From the NCBI GenBank assembly GCA_021778805.1, contig JAJYBV010000009.1, forward strand, positions 1 through 52,349: a stretch of 52,349 nt of DNA, written 5' to 3'. How positions within the stretch are numbered: the stretch's first letter is position 1; each line of letters starts with the position of its first letter. Position numbers and translations under genes: made by a program. The notes beneath the pieces were generated by a model. It made no database searches. It was given only the letters and a program-made list of their open reading frames with translations, and had not been told where the DNA came from. This document shows positions 37,253 through 48,038 of this stretch, piece after piece. The DNA is from Chloroflexota bacterium. Its GTDB lineage: Bacteria > Chloroflexota > Ktedonobacteria > Ktedonobacterales > JACDGC01.

Positions 37253-38779
37253 TTACCGTTCGCGCACACCAAACAAATCAATAATCACTTCACGCAGTCT
37301 ATCCGGCGCGCCGGTGCGCAAAATATACACTGCTTTTCCACTTTCTTGCGCCGATACAATCCGATCCGGCTGTTTGCGATATATACTTTTCAGCGCCAAA
37401 ATCGTATCTGCTTCGTGTTCATCATAGCCAATCACCGCGGGTACATGCAGATCTTGAATGACTTCTTCCAATCGCGAACGGCTGATGCCCAGCGGATAAA
37501 TTACCTGACGGCGCTGGCCGGGTTCTGCGGCGGTTTCTGAGGTTTTTTGTATATGTACCTGCGGTTCCGAACGATTCTCAGAGCGCACGGTAACTTGGCG
37601 GCGATTAACCGGGTAAGAGTTGTGCGTATTGGGTGTTCGCATTTCGTTCCGGGGATGTTGCGAAATATTTTTCCCCAACGGCCCGCGCAGCTCTTCCAGC
37701 GTCGCCGGGCGCGCCGATTCATGAGACACAGCAATATGCCCGTCTCCGCGCATTTCGCGGATGCTGCGCGCAGGCATTTCGCCGCGCAGCATTGCATCTA
37801 TCGCCTCGGCCACATTATCATGAATTAATACCCGCCATCGGTCTTGCTGTTCTACTACTACATCAAACGTGGGGGGAGCTTTGCGTTCCAGCACGGTTTT
37901 TTGTGTGCCGCGGCGGCGCGCCTCTTCATCACCTAATGTAACCGAACTGATTCCGCCAATTAAATCTGACAACGTTGGGTTCAGCAATAAATTATCAAGT
38001 GTGTTGCCGTGCGCAGTTCCAATCAGTTGCACACCGCGTTCCGCAATAGTTCTGGCAGCTTTTGCTTCCAATTCCGTGCCAATTTCATCGATGATAATGA
38101 CCTCCGGCATATGATTTTCCACCGCCTCAATCATCACCGCATGCTGTTCCGCCGGATGCGCTACTTGAAGCCGGCGCGCCCGCCCTATTCCGGGATGAGG
38201 CACATCTCCGTCTCCGGCAATTTCATTCGATGTATCAACAATCACCACACGTTTCCCTAAATCATCGGCTAAAACACGGGCAATTTCACGCAATATTGTT
38301 GTTTTGCCAACTCCCGGACGACCCAAAATTAACAAGCTGCTGCCTTGTTCCACAACGTCGCGCACTAATTCCACGGAGCCAAAAACAGCGCGGCCTACCC
38401 GGCAAGTTAAGCCAATAACTTTGCCCTGACGGTTGCGAATGGCAGATATGCGGTGCAAAGTTCGTTCTATACCGGCGCGGTTATCGTCTCCAAATTCGCC
38501 AACACGCTGAATGACATATTGGATATCATTTTCAGTAACCGGGTCTGCTGTGATAGACGCCGTTTCATGCAAGAAACGCGCTTCCGGCAGCCTGCCTAGA
38601 TCCATTACGATCTCCAGCAAATCGGCATATGATTCACGCGCGCGCAAAGCTCGCTGAATGGCAGATGGCAACGTGGCAAAAAGGAGATCTAAATTATCCG
38701 TAATGCGATTTTCAAAATGAGCAGTCATGGTATAGGCCGGCCTTTCTTGAAACATCTTAATGGCGTCGAACTTGTTCAC
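37253..38779 (-). CDS. SpoIIIAA-like / ycf45-family AAA ATPase with a C-terminal nucleic-acid-binding-like region.
   Basis: Walker A is L-I-L-G-R-P-G-V-G-K-T-T-I-L-R-E-I-A-R. Walker B is V-I-I-I-D-E-I-G. T-A-H-G resembles the sensor motif. The pattern fits stage III sporulation protein AA / ycf45. Confidence 0.65.
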   Translation of the reverse strand: MNKFDAIKMFQERPAYTMTAHFENRITDNLDLLFATLPSAIQRALRARESYADLLEIVMDLGRLPEARFLHETASITADPVTENDIQYVIQRVGEFGDDNRAGIERTLHRISAIRNRQGKVIGLTCRVGRAVFGSVELVRDVVEQGSSLLILGRPGVGKTTILREIARVLADDLGKRVVIVDTSNEIAGDGDVPHPGIGRARRLQVAHPAEQHAVMIEAVENHMPEVIIIDEIGTELEAKAARTIAERGVQLIGTAHGNTLDNLLLNPTLSDLIGGISSVTLGDEEARRRGTQKTVLERKAPPTFDVVVEQQDRWRVLIHDNVAEAIDAMLRGEMPARSIREMRGDGHIAVSHESARPATLEELRGPLGKNISQHPRNEMRTPNTHNSYPVNRRQVTVRSENRSEPQVHIQKTSETAAEPGQRRQVIYPLGISRSRLEEVIQDLHVPAVIGYDEHEADTILALKSIYRKQPDRIVSAQESGKAVYILRTGAPDRLREVIIDLFGVRER

Positions 38780-38984
38780 CGGAGATATCGCCGAAAAAGC
38801 AAAATAACCATCCTTGCGGTTAATCTGCTCAATATGGATGTATAGATAAATTGATTATAAGGCAATTAAATTTATTTAAACAAACCTGCGCTGAATAAAG
38901 GCCGCTGTCTTGCTGCAAACAACTTGTTAGCCCGGCAGCGGACTATATTCATGCGCAGGAAAGTATAATTGTTAAAAATGGCGG

Positions 38985-40457
38985 TTACCGTTTCGGATAT
39001 GTGACAAAAACAGTCTTCACTTCCGACCATTCATCAACCGCAGTGGCTCCAAGCTCTCGATGCCCGTTGCCGCTCATTTTCATGCCGCCGAAGGGCAAAT
39101 GTGGTTCGGCCCCGGTTGTTCCGGCATTAACATAAATTAAACCGGATTGAATATCGCGCATAGCGTGGAAAACATTACGCATATTTTCAGTGAAAATGGC
39201 GCAAGATAAACCATATTCTACACTATTTGCAACTTCAATAGCTTCGTCATACGAAGCAACCGGCAAAACCGAAAGCACCGGACCAAATATTTCTTCACGC
39301 GCGATGCGCATTGTTGGGGTAACATCGGTGAAGACGGTAGGCTCAAAGAACGAGCCATTATCCAGTTCGCCGCCGCGCGCTGGGCGGCCGCCAACCAAAA
39401 GCCGGGCGCCTTCCGTTTTGCCAATTCCAATATATTCATCTACAGCGGCTACACGTGTTCGGTTTACCAGCGGCCCCATATCTGTTACGGGGTCTAGCCC
39501 GTCTCCAATTTTCTGGGATTTAGCCAGCGCAACCAAACGTTCATTCAGCGCGTCGACAACATTTTTATGAACGATGACGCGGCTGGTTGCAGTACAACGC
39601 TGTCCGGTTGTGCCGAAACCTGCCCAAGCAATCGCTGCCGCGGCGTCATCTAAATTTGCGTCATCCAGAACGATAACAGCGTTTTTACCGCCAAGTTCCA
39701 AGGTAACGCGGCGTAAATCTTTAGCGCAAATAGCGGCGATATGTTTGCCGACTTCGGTCGATCCGGTTAGTGAAATCATACTAACGCGCGGATCGCCGGT
39801 CAAAGCGTCGCCCAAAGTAGAGCCTGGCCCGGTTACCAAATTAATAACACCGGAGGGAATACCGGCTTCAGCCAAAATTTCCACTAATTTTAAGGACAGC
39901 AAAGGGGTATCGCTGGCAGGTTTTAAAATAACCGTATTCCCGGCCATCAGCGCAGGAAACGTTTTCCACGCCGGAATGGCTAAAGGAAAATTCCACGGGG
40001 TGATAATGCCAACAACACCCATTGGCTCACGAACGGTTAAACACATTTTATCGCGAAGCGCTGAAGGAACTGTTTCACCTTCAGCTCTGCGGCCTTCGGC
40101 GGCAACATATTTACCAAAATCGATAGCAGTTTGCAGATCGCCGCGCGCTTCTTTCAATGGTTTACCCATTTCCTGCGTGAGCAGTTTAGAAAGTTCTTCC
40201 CGGCGCTGTTCTAACAGCAGCGCGGCGCGCAAAATAATTTCGCCGCGCTCCGGCGATGGTGTGGCGCGCCAAGCCGGAAGCGCTTGTTTTGCGGCGGAAA
40301 TTGCCCGGTCTATATCTTCAGTACCGGATTGTTGAAAATAGCCAATGATTTGATCTTCATGGGCGGGATTGCGGTCGATGAATGTTTTTCCGCTAAGGGA
40401 ATTAACCCATTCACCGCCAATAAAATTCTGAAAGGTGGGGACACCGGCAGTCGTCAT
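38985..40457 (-). CDS. NAD(P)+-dependent aldehyde dehydrogenase.
   Basis: The ALDH Glu motif E-L-G-G-K-N-A is present. The Cys motif reads G-Q-R-C-T-A-T-S-R. F-T-G-S-T-E-V-G is also present. Confidence 0.85.
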   Translation of the reverse strand: MTTAGVPTFQNFIGGEWVNSLSGKTFIDRNPAHEDQIIGYFQQSGTEDIDRAISAAKQALPAWRATPSPERGEIILRAALLLEQRREELSKLLTQEMGKPLKEARGDLQTAIDFGKYVAAEGRRAEGETVPSALRDKMCLTVREPMGVVGIITPWNFPLAIPAWKTFPALMAGNTVILKPASDTPLLSLKLVEILAEAGIPSGVINLVTGPGSTLGDALTGDPRVSMISLTGSTEVGKHIAAICAKDLRRVTLELGGKNAVIVLDDANLDDAAAAIAWAGFGTTGQRCTATSRVIVHKNVVDALNERLVALAKSQKIGDGLDPVTDMGPLVNRTRVAAVDEYIGIGKTEGARLLVGGRPARGGELDNGSFFEPTVFTDVTPTMRIAREEIFGPVLSVLPVASYDEAIEVANSVEYGLSCAIFTENMRNVFHAMRDIQSGLIYVNAGTTGAEPHLPFGGMKMSGNGHRELGATAVDEWSEVKTVFVTYPKR

Positions 40458-40559
40458 CGAAGCCTGCTCCTATTGAAGCATGATAGCTGAAGCGCGCCGT
40501 CGCTAATGCGGAGCTGGCGCCGCAGCCCACAATATCAGTATATCATATTTGGTTATGAA

Positions 40560-41215
40560 CTTTAATTATTAAAAAGGGATATGATATACCTGCATAACCA
40601 AGGATACGTAAAGGGCGGTAGCCCCTTGCGCGGGGTTTGGGGTGTCCCCAAAGTATCTTTGTAAAAACAACCACCGCACGGTACACATGGGGATACGTAA
40701 GGGGCGGTAGCCCCTTGCGCGGGGTTTGGGGTGTCCCCAAAATATCTTTGTATAAACATCCATCGCACGGTACACATGGGGATACGTAAGGGGCGGATGT
40801 CCCTTACGCGGGGTTTGGGGTGTCCCCAAAATATCTTTGTATAAACATCCACCGCACGGTACACATGGGGATACGTAAAGGGCGGTAGCCCTTTGCGCGG
40901 GGTTTGGGGTGTCCCCAAAATATCTTTTTTTAAACATCCACTGCACGGTACACATGGGGATACGTAAGGGGCGGATGCCCCTTACGCGGGGATAGGGGTG
41001 TCCCCAAAATATCTTTTTTTATTTTTCCGATGGGAAATATTGGTGGCAATACGGCCACAAAACGAACACCACACGATGAATCGTGTGGCTTGTTTCCCCA
41101 CCTCCACCCGTGTGTAGCCGTGCAGTGATTATATTAAAACAAGCGCGATGGGGCACTCAATGTACTCTGCTCTGTTGATCTTCATCCTAATGAAAATATC
41201 AAAGACCATATGCCT
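40560..41215. repeat. Composite repeat, left copy. It comprises a terminal segment, five 89-bp tandem GGGGTGTCCCC palindromic units, and a roughly 185-bp 'aaaacgaacaccacacgatgaatcgtgtgg' module.
   Basis: Units start at 40602, 40691, 40780, 40869 and 40958. The 41035-41212 segment is almost identical to the reverse complement of 45541-45730. Confidence 0.85.
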
Positions 41216-41334
41216 TATTGAAATTGCCAAGGCGCTATAATTTTTATTGGCGTGTTTAACAGAACTGTGATAGGATACAATCAAGGCAAATCAACATAGT
41301 TCAGCAATGCAAAAAAATTTAGAGTGAGAACCGT

Positions 41335-42282
41335 ATGACCATATTTACTTCTTTGGAAACCACCGAACTAAAGCGCCCGCAAGTGATTAGTGTCGGCAAT
41401 TTCGATGGAGGACATCTTGGCCATGCGTATATGCTAAAAATTGCGCGCGATACAGCAGTTAATCTACAATCTGAGGTTACCGCTGTAACGTTTTGGCCGG
41501 CTCCAATGATGGTACTGCGGCCAGATGCTCATTTGCGATTTCTTACCCCAGGGTTGGAAAAAGCTGCCGCGCTGGAGCAAACGCGATTGGTTGATCATAT
41601 TGTAATGATTCCTTTTTCACACGAAATAGCGCAATTAAACGCCGAGGAATTTTTGCAAATGCTGCTGGAATATATTCCAATTTCCGCATTAGTTGAAGGT
41701 GATGATTTCCGATTAGGCCATAACCGCAGCGGAGATTCTCACATTGTTAGCGGATTTGCCGGCGCGCATAATTTTACCACAACCTATATTCCGCGCCTGC
41801 AAGACGCAAACGGGCCAATATCCAGCACCAGGATTCGCGAAAGCATTCAATTCGGCGATATGGTTTCGGCAGAAAATATGCTTGGTCGACCATATGCAGC
41901 TAAAGGTGTTGTTATCCATGGGGATGCGCGTGGCCGGCAATTAGGGTTTCCCACTGCAAATTTACGGGTTTCTGAACATAAATTACTGCCTGTAAACGGG
42001 ATATACGCCGTACAGGTTATTCGGGAGAAATTTCCGAATACTCTATTGCGCGGCGCGGCAAGTATTGGAACGAACCCAACATTTAATGGGCAGGAACACC
42101 GTTTAGAAGTATATATTTTGGATTTTAACTCTACAATTTATGATGAACAACTTGAAATACAATTTATACAGCGGCTACGCGGCGAAGAAAAGTTTTCTGG
42201 GGCAGATGAACTGATTGAGCAGATGTCTCGTGACGTAGAAGAGGTTCGGCGCGTTTTGGATATACGGGAAGTGAGGGCTTAA
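41335..42282 (+). CDS. ribF: Bifunctional riboflavin kinase / FMN adenylyltransferase.
   Basis: The N-terminal FAD-synthetase region carries VGNFDGGHLGH. The C-terminal riboflavin kinase region carries G-R-Q-L-G-F-P-T-A-N-L and E-V-Y-I-L-D-F. Confidence 0.9.
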   Translation: MTIFTSLETTELKRPQVISVGNFDGGHLGHAYMLKIARDTAVNLQSEVTAVTFWPAPMMVLRPDAHLRFLTPGLEKAAALEQTRLVDHIVMIPFSHEIAQLNAEEFLQMLLEYIPISALVEGDDFRLGHNRSGDSHIVSGFAGAHNFTTTYIPRLQDANGPISSTRIRESIQFGDMVSAENMLGRPYAAKGVVIHGDARGRQLGFPTANLRVSEHKLLPVNGIYAVQVIREKFPNTLLRGAASIGTNPTFNGQEHRLEVYILDFNSTIYDEQLEIQFIQRLRGEEKFSGADELIEQMSRDVEEVRRVLDIREVRA

Positions 42283-42284
42283 TC

Positions 42285-43127
42285 ATGAAACGGAACCGTA
42301 ACGCAATTGCTTGGTTTGAGGATAGGCTGCAAGGTTTAGTAGAAGGCTCTTTTGGCAGAATATTCCGCTCAAAACTGCAGCCGGTTGAAATATCGCATAA
42401 ATTAGTACAGGTAATGGAAGAAAATATTGTAGCGCAAGATTCTCGAAAATTAGCGCCAACTAAATATAACATTTACCTGAATCCACGAGATTACACAGAT
42501 TTAGAGCCAAGTTTGCCGGAAGTTACCACTCGTTTGCAAGATTATCTTATTTTAACGGCGAAACAGCGTGGCTATACGTTAATTATTCGTCCAATTTTGC
42601 ATTTCATTCCAGATAACAAAATATCTTTGGGGCAAACACAGGTTGAGGCTGTTTTTGAGAATATCGGTTCGTCGCAAAATATTCCTGCAAATCTCCAAAA
42701 CCCTATTCCGCAGCCAAATGTACCGCCAATTGAGACTGTAAACCCTAACGCAACTGCTATGATTTCACCTGAACAATCTGAACAATATGCTTCCGAGGTT
42801 GAAACAACGCTTACCCCTGCTCGGGATAACGCCATACCACACGCTGCGCTTTCCGAACGCGCCAGCCAAGGGTTCGGTAATACCTATCGTTTGCAAAGTG
42901 AAGTTACTCACATCGGCAGGCATTCAACTAATGATATAGTTATTAATAACCCGCGTGTTTCACGTTATCATGCGGAAATTCGCTATGAACAAGGCAAATT
43001 TATTATCTATGATATCAGCAGCACCAACGGGGTGCGCGTAAATAACCGGCGCGAAAAGCAGGCTGTTTTAAAAAATGGCGATGTTTTAGCGTTTGGCCCT
43101 GTTAGCTTTGTTTTTGAACGGAGGTAG
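42285..43127 (+). CDS. fhaA: FhaA-like protein with an N-terminal DUF3662 and a C-terminal FHA domain.
   Basis: The FHA core reads T-H-I-G-R-H-S-T-N-D-I-V-I-N-N-P-R-V-S-R-Y-H-A-E-I ... S-T-N-G-V-R-V-N. The gene sits immediately upstream of fhaB and rodA. Confidence 0.7.
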   Translation: MKRNRNAIAWFEDRLQGLVEGSFGRIFRSKLQPVEISHKLVQVMEENIVAQDSRKLAPTKYNIYLNPRDYTDLEPSLPEVTTRLQDYLILTAKQRGYTLIIRPILHFIPDNKISLGQTQVEAVFENIGSSQNIPANLQNPIPQPNVPPIETVNPNATAMISPEQSEQYASEVETTLTPARDNAIPHAALSERASQGFGNTYRLQSEVTHIGRHSTNDIVINNPRVSRYHAEIRYEQGKFIIYDISSTNGVRVNNRREKQAVLKNGDVLAFGPVSFVFERR

Positions 43128-43135
43128 CGCAGCAT

Positions 43136-43588
43136 ATGACAAATGCACTTACATTCGATCAGTTTCTGCTTATCTTACGCATTGCAATGATTGCAGTTTT
43201 GTATCTTTTTATACTTCAAGTTGTGCTGGTTTCCCGGCGTGATTTAAATATGGCGGTGCAATATCAATCTGCGCAGCCGGCCAAACAAGTAATTGGCCAC
43301 CTAACGGTTATGGATAGCGGAACCACAAAACTGAACCCCGGCAGAAGATTTGATATTTTTACAGATATGACATTGGGTCGGGGACCAACTAATACCGTTA
43401 TTTTAGAAAGCACCGTAGTTTCCGGTGAAAATACCCGTATCTATTACGAAAATAAATCGTTATGGATCGAAGATTTAGGCAGCAAAAACGGCACATTTGT
43501 AAACGAACAGCGGTTAACCAGCCCGCGCGCACTAAAATTAAACGATGTTATTCGAGTTGGCGATGTGCGTTTCAAGATAACTGCGTAA
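43136..43588 (+). CDS. fhaB: FhaB/FipA-like membrane-anchored FHA-domain protein.
   Basis: It has an N-terminal TM helix. The FHA core reads L-G-R-G-P-T-N-T-V-I-L ... S-G-E-N-T-R-I-Y ... S-K-N-G-T-F-V-N. Confidence 0.7.
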   Translation: MTNALTFDQFLLILRIAMIAVLYLFILQVVLVSRRDLNMAVQYQSAQPAKQVIGHLTVMDSGTTKLNPGRRFDIFTDMTLGRGPTNTVILESTVVSGENTRIYYENKSLWIEDLGSKNGTFVNEQRLTSPRALKLNDVIRVGDVRFKITA

Positions 43589-43679
43589 CATCTATGTCTT
43601 AATATATGCATGTACATTGATGGCTTAGTTCGCAAATATCTTTTCTTAAACTTTCCGCCAACATTCGACGGAAATTGCT

Positions 43680-45095
43680 GTGTGTTTATTTATCCTATTA
43701 GGAAGGCAGCAAAACATTATGAAACAAATATTGTCACGTATTGTGGATCTGCGTAATTACCGATGGAATGAATTGTTTTTGCTGATATTGCCAAGCGTGT
43801 TTATTCTGCTCGGCATGCTAAATCTGCAATATGTCAGTGTCAGCAACCAAGGAAAAGCTCCATCAGAAATTACGGCCAGCTCTTTACCGGGCATTGATAC
43901 ATTAGGTCCACAACTTCTGCTGATTGTGGCGCTGTTTGCTACCCATATTATTTTATCTTGGCTGATCCCGAAAGCAGATCAAACATTGCTGCCAATTACC
44001 GGTATGCTCAGTGCGCTGGGCGTTCTTATGGCTACCCGGCTTGGACCAGCGCTGCCATATCCCATACCGGTTCTGGGGTATCGCCAATTAATTTGGGTTA
44101 TCCTTGGACTCGTTTTTTGTATCGGCACAGTTTGGTTTACCCGATCGATAAAATGGCTGAGCCGTTATAAATATACATGGGCGGCCGCAGGTATTATCCT
44201 TGTGCTTGTTTCGCTTTTTCACTCTTTACGTGTTAAAAACTTCAACTCCCCCACGCATGATCAATTGAATTTGGGGTTTGGCGGGGTCGTATTTCAACCA
44301 TCTGAGCTGCTAAAATTATGCTTGGTTATATTTTTTGCAGCATATTTAAGCGAAAATCGTGAAGTATTGGCGCTTGGCGGTAAAAAAATAGGGCCGATAC
44401 ATATTCCACCACTTCGGCAATCTGCGCCATTGCTGGCAATATTATTTATTTCATTGCTGTTGTTTTTAGGCTTGCGCGAATTAGGTGTTGCGCTGCTGAT
44501 TTTCGGCATTTTTGTTTCGATGATTTACATTGCCACAAACAAAATGTCCTATGTGCTGTATTCACTAGGCTTTTTCGCCGGTGGCTCCCTTATTGCCTAT
44601 TATTTGCTTGGATACATACGCGATCGCGTTGCGCTTGTGGCAAACGCATTTTTGCCGGCATACGCCAACAATACCGGCTTTCAGATTGTGCAGGGATTAA
44701 TTGCCTTAGGAGCCGGCGGTATTTTTGGGCAAGGATTAGGACAAGGATATCCCTATTTTGTTCCCGCTGTGCAAACAGACTATGTAGCTGCGGCTGTAGG
44801 CGAGGAATTTGGCATGATGGGGCTATTTGCGCTCCTTGCCATTATGCTGCTGTTAATATATCGCGGATTTCGCATAGCTATGCGTTCACGCAGTGTATTT
44901 GAACAATTGCTTGGCGCTGGATTAAGCAGTATTTTTGCCATCCAAACCATTGTTATTTTGGCGGGCAACCTAAAATTAATACCGCTTACCGGCATACCAC
45001 TTCCGTTTATTACTTATGGCGGAAGTTCGGTTATTATTAATTTTATTATGGTTGGTCTGTTATTGCGTTTATCTGCGCCGGAAGAAACCGCATAA
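43680..45095 (+). CDS. rodA: SEDS-family peptidoglycan glycosyltransferase (RodA/FtsW).
   Basis: SEDS hallmarks include QPSELLKL, ALGAGGIFGQGLGQG, AVGEEFGMMG and PLPFITYGGSS. The gene sits directly after fhaA and fhaB, as in Actinobacteria and Chloroflexi. The likely start is the ATG at 43719 (MKQILSRIV). Confidence 0.8.
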   Translation: MCLFILLGRQQNIMKQILSRIVDLRNYRWNELFLLILPSVFILLGMLNLQYVSVSNQGKAPSEITASSLPGIDTLGPQLLLIVALFATHIILSWLIPKADQTLLPITGMLSALGVLMATRLGPALPYPIPVLGYRQLIWVILGLVFCIGTVWFTRSIKWLSRYKYTWAAAGIILVLVSLFHSLRVKNFNSPTHDQLNLGFGGVVFQPSELLKLCLVIFFAAYLSENREVLALGGKKIGPIHIPPLRQSAPLLAILFISLLLFLGLRELGVALLIFGIFVSMIYIATNKMSYVLYSLGFFAGGSLIAYYLLGYIRDRVALVANAFLPAYANNTGFQIVQGLIALGAGGIFGQGLGQGYPYFVPAVQTDYVAAAVGEEFGMMGLFALLAIMLLLIYRGFRIAMRSRSVFEQLLGAGLSSIFAIQTIVILAGNLKLIPLTGIPLPFITYGGSSVIINFIMVGLLLRLSAPEETA

Positions 45096-45191
45096 CTCGG
45101 CATCGGCAGATATCGCAACAAAACCTGCACATTAGATTTGCCGGCTGAGCAGACCAATATAATGCCGACTTTTTATCGAAAATAAAACTAT

Positions 45192-45545
45192 TTGTTAGGG
45201 ACCATATTACCTATGATGATAGCCGCAATAACTTATAATGTTTCTTTATTTACTGCCTGTTTCTTTTGGGCGTTTTCCGGAATGATTGCCGGAACTGTTG
45301 CCAATTTTGTTGTGCGTGGCCGAGGCGGATGCATTTTTGGCAATATTTTCCTTGGTTTAGTTGGCGCATTGGTAGCAACATTTCTTATCAATGTGTTTTT
45401 GCAGCAAAAAAATGTGACACTGGGCTTTTTTGAAACAACTGTTATTGCCAGTGTTGCCTCTACACTCATTGCCTATATTTTTCATACAGCGCGTAAAGCT
45501 GAAAACAAATATCAGAAAAAGCTTATGGAAAAACCACCTCAATAA
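45192..45545 (+). CDS. GlsB/YeaQ/YmgE-family small membrane protein (transglycosylase-associated protein family).
   Basis: It has 3 TM helices and glycine-rich motifs. The pattern GNIFLGLVGALVATFL is typical of the family. Confidence 0.5.
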   Translation: MLGTILPMMIAAITYNVSLFTACFFWAFSGMIAGTVANFVVRGRGGCIFGNIFLGLVGALVATFLINVFLQQKNVTLGFFETTVIASVASTLIAYIFHTARKAENKYQKKLMEKPPQ

Positions 45546-46192
45546 TGGTCTTTGATATTTTCATCAGGATGAAGATCAACAGAGCAGAGTACATTGAGTG
45601 CCCCATCGCGCCTGTTTTAATATAATCACTGCACGGTACACATGGGTGGAGGTGGGGAAACAAGCCACACGATTCATCGTGTGGTGTTCGTTTTGGGGCC
45701 ACCTTGCCATCCAATATTTCCCATCGGAAAAATAAAAAAAGATATTTTGGGGACACCCCTATCCCCGCGTAAGGGGCATCCGCCCCTTACGTATCCCCAT
45801 GTGTACCGTGCGATGGATGTTTATACAAAGATATTTTGGGGACACCCCTATCCCCGCGCAAGGGGCTACCGCCCCTTACGTATCCCCATGGGTACCGTGC
45901 AGTGGATGTTTTTACAAAGATACTTTGGGGACACCCCAAACCCCGCGCAAAGGGCTACCGCCCTTTACGTATCCCCATGGGTACCGTGCGGTGGTTGTTT
46001 ATAAAAGATATTTTTGGGGACACCCCTATCCCCGCGCAAGGGGCTACCGCCCCTTACGTATCCCCATGGGTACCGTGCGGTGGATGTTTATAAAAAGATA
46101 TTTTGGGGACACCCCTATCCCCGCGTAAGAGGCATCCGCCCCTTACGTATCCCTGGTTACGCTGGTATATCTTATCCCTCTTTAATTGTTAA
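45541..46192. repeat. Composite repeat, right copy, an inverted duplicate of 40560-41215.
   Basis: Five 89-bp units start at 45749, 45838, 45927, 46016 and 46105. The terminal segment is cgtatccctggttacgctggtatatcttatccctctttaa. The inner roughly 185 bp are about 97 % identical to the reverse complement of 41035-41212. Confidence 0.85.
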
Positions 46193-46227
46193 AGTTCATA
46201 ATAGCAGCGACCAACGAAAAACACAGA

Positions 46228-48021
46228 TTAGGCTGCGATATCTTGAGGAATATTTTCACTTGGCGACGGTGGCTCATCTTCTTCCTTTACTGTTTTTTCC
46301 ACCCAATGAAATATAACCGATGCTTGATACAAATCTTGAGAAATTGTGTTAATGCTTTGGGTATGCGTAGTAACATATTCAACTTTTTCATTCAACACAA
46401 CTGTAGCAGAAGATACTTGTTCAGCAGCAGCGCTGTTTTCCACACCAACATTTGCCGCAGCAGAAATTGCGTCGTTTACCTTAGCAGCGTTTTGGGTAAT
46501 ATTTATTGCCTGCTGCTCTGTTCCGCCCACCCGGTGCAGCGCGTATTCCACTTGATCAACGCCAGTCTCCATTGACGTTACTGCGCCTTGCGTTTCATTT
46601 TGCACTTCCTTAATAATAGCCGCAATTTCACGGGCAGCGTCACCAGATCGTTCTGCAAGCTTGCGGATTTCATCGGCAACCACCGCAAAGCTGCGGCCAT
46701 GTTCACCGGCGCGCGCAGCAACAATAGCAGCGTTTAAAGACAACAATTCCGTTTGATCTGCTAATTCATCAATAGTTTGGATGATAGAGCCAATTTCAGT
46801 CGAACGCTTCCCTAACGCACGCACTTCTTGTGAAGATTGATATATGGCTTTTTTCAACGCTTGAATAACTTGGAGGGCTTCCTTGGCGTCTGTATTCATC
46901 CGCAAAGCCTCATTATTCAGTTTTTCAACTTCATGAGCTGCCTTAATTAAATTTTTACTTTGCTGATGCGCTCCGGTTGCAACTTGTTCAATAGCAGATG
47001 CAACTTGGTGCGACGCTTCATTTGTATGCGCGGAAAAAACAACAACATCTTTGGTCTTCATGGCCATTTGTAAGCTTAGTTCTGTTACATGTGCAACCAG
47101 AATGCGCACCTTCGCAATAGTTTCACTTTGCTGTACAATTAATTTGCCAATAACGTTATTTCCTCTCCAACTCAAAAGTGTTTCATCAATATCGCTCAGT
47201 TCACCTTGCGCCATATTTTCTAAAACAGCGGATAGCAGATGCAACGGTTTGGTAATAGTATAATTTAATATTTCAGCAAAGAAAATTGCGCCAATTGTAA
47301 TGATGATGCCTAACAAAATCATCAACCAAAACAATGTATTAATTGCGGTTGAAATATTTGATTCCGCGGCATTCGTTTGCAATAGCAAAGCTGCAGAAAG
47401 ATTTGCCATATTTTGCAGCAGCATATTTTCATTGCTTTGCATTTGACTATACAATCCAATAGTTTGCAGATGCGCTGAATTTGATCCACCGGATAGCGCG
47501 TTTTGCAGTATTGTGGCGCTGCTTAAAAAATTCTGAATGGCAGTTTCTGTTTGACGAAACTGTTTCTGCGTTTGGGTGTTTTCATTCAATTTTGCAAAAT
47601 GGTTCATTGCTACGGACAATGCAGACTCGGAAGTTTGCAGCGTCTGTTTAATGGCAGGTGAATAGCCAAATGAAACATTTATGGCCTGTGAAAAGTTTAA
47701 AACAATAGTTAAACTATCGGCGCGCATTGCCGAAATATCATTCGCTCCCACCGTATCATTATTTACTATTCCTGCGTTGATTGATTTAATTTGCATATCT
47801 TTTTGAATTACTACCGCTCCGGTAATAAAAAATACAACAAAAATATATGCTGACGCGCTTCTCATTCTTGTTGAGATGGTTAAATTATTAAAAAGCGAAA
47901 ATGCTTTACGCCGAACTAGATGCATGTAACCCGCCATGGCGCAAATATACCTCCTATAAGTTAGGTTTGCATACACATAACTATCGGAATGTATATTCAT
48001 AACATAAGTGGCATTTTGCAA
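46228..48021 (-). CDS. Methyl-accepting chemotaxis protein.
   Basis: The highly conserved MCP signalling hairpin [32 protein letters not shown] is present, along with a HAMP domain and two TM helices. The true start is probably internal, at the [16 protein letters not shown] (47865). Confidence 0.85.
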   Translation of the reverse strand: MQNATYVMNIHSDSYVYANLTYRRYICAMAGYMHLVRRKAFSLFNNLTISTRMRSASAYIFVVFFITGAVVIQKDMQIKSINAGIVNNDTVGANDISAMRADSLTIVLNFSQAINVSFGYSPAIKQTLQTSESALSVAMNHFAKLNENTQTQKQFRQTETAIQNFLSSATILQNALSGGSNSAHLQTIGLYSQMQSNENMLLQNMANLSAALLLQTNAAESNISTAINTLFWLMILLGIIITIGAIFFAEILNYTITKPLHLLSAVLENMAQGELSDIDETLLSWRGNNVIGKLIVQQSETIAKVRILVAHVTELSLQMAMKTKDVVVFSAHTNEASHQVASAIEQVATGAHQQSKNLIKAAHEVEKLNNEALRMNTDAKEALQVIQALKKAIYQSSQEVRALGKRSTEIGSIIQTIDELADQTELLSLNAAIVAARAGEHGRSFAVVADEIRKLAERSGDAAREIAAIIKEVQNETQGAVTSMETGVDQVEYALHRVGGTEQQAINITQNAAKVNDAISAAANVGVENSAAAEQVSSATVVLNEKVEYVTTHTQSINTISQDLYQASVIFHWVEKTVKEEDEPPSPSENIPQDIAA

Positions 48022-48038
48022 TTATTGATAGCAGCAAA

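Noticed and set aside
39574-40335. 253-aa plus-strand ORF antisense to the aldehyde dehydrogenase gene.
   Set aside because: The opposite strand encodes a full-length ALDH with canonical motifs. The antisense ORF is low-complexity and S/A/P-rich.
40543-40955. Track ORFs 40543..40740, 40562..40918 and 40569..40955 (MGTPQTPRKGLPP... and similar).
   Set aside because: They lie entirely within the tandem palindromic repeat array. Their repetitive 'translations' are artefacts of the repeat and not genes. The same applies to 45642..46004, 45799..46128, 45836..46093, 46014..46316, 30005..30247, 30099..30311, 20570..20932, 20728..20919 and 7172..7471.
40594-41035. CRISPR array interpretation of the 89-bp tandem arrays (also 45749-46193 and 29981-30235).
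   Set aside because: The entire 89-96-bp unit is repeated with only point differences. There are no unique spacers between conserved repeats, no leader and no cas genes. The units are also far longer than CRISPR repeats.
40560-46192. Interpretation of the inverted-repeat-flanked 5.6-kb segment as a composite transposon or genomic island.
   Set aside because: The cargo genes (ribF, fhaA, fhaB, rodA) are core housekeeping genes. No transposase or integrase is present in the window. The flanking repeats are non-coding. Repeat-mediated inversion potential is retained as a finding instead.
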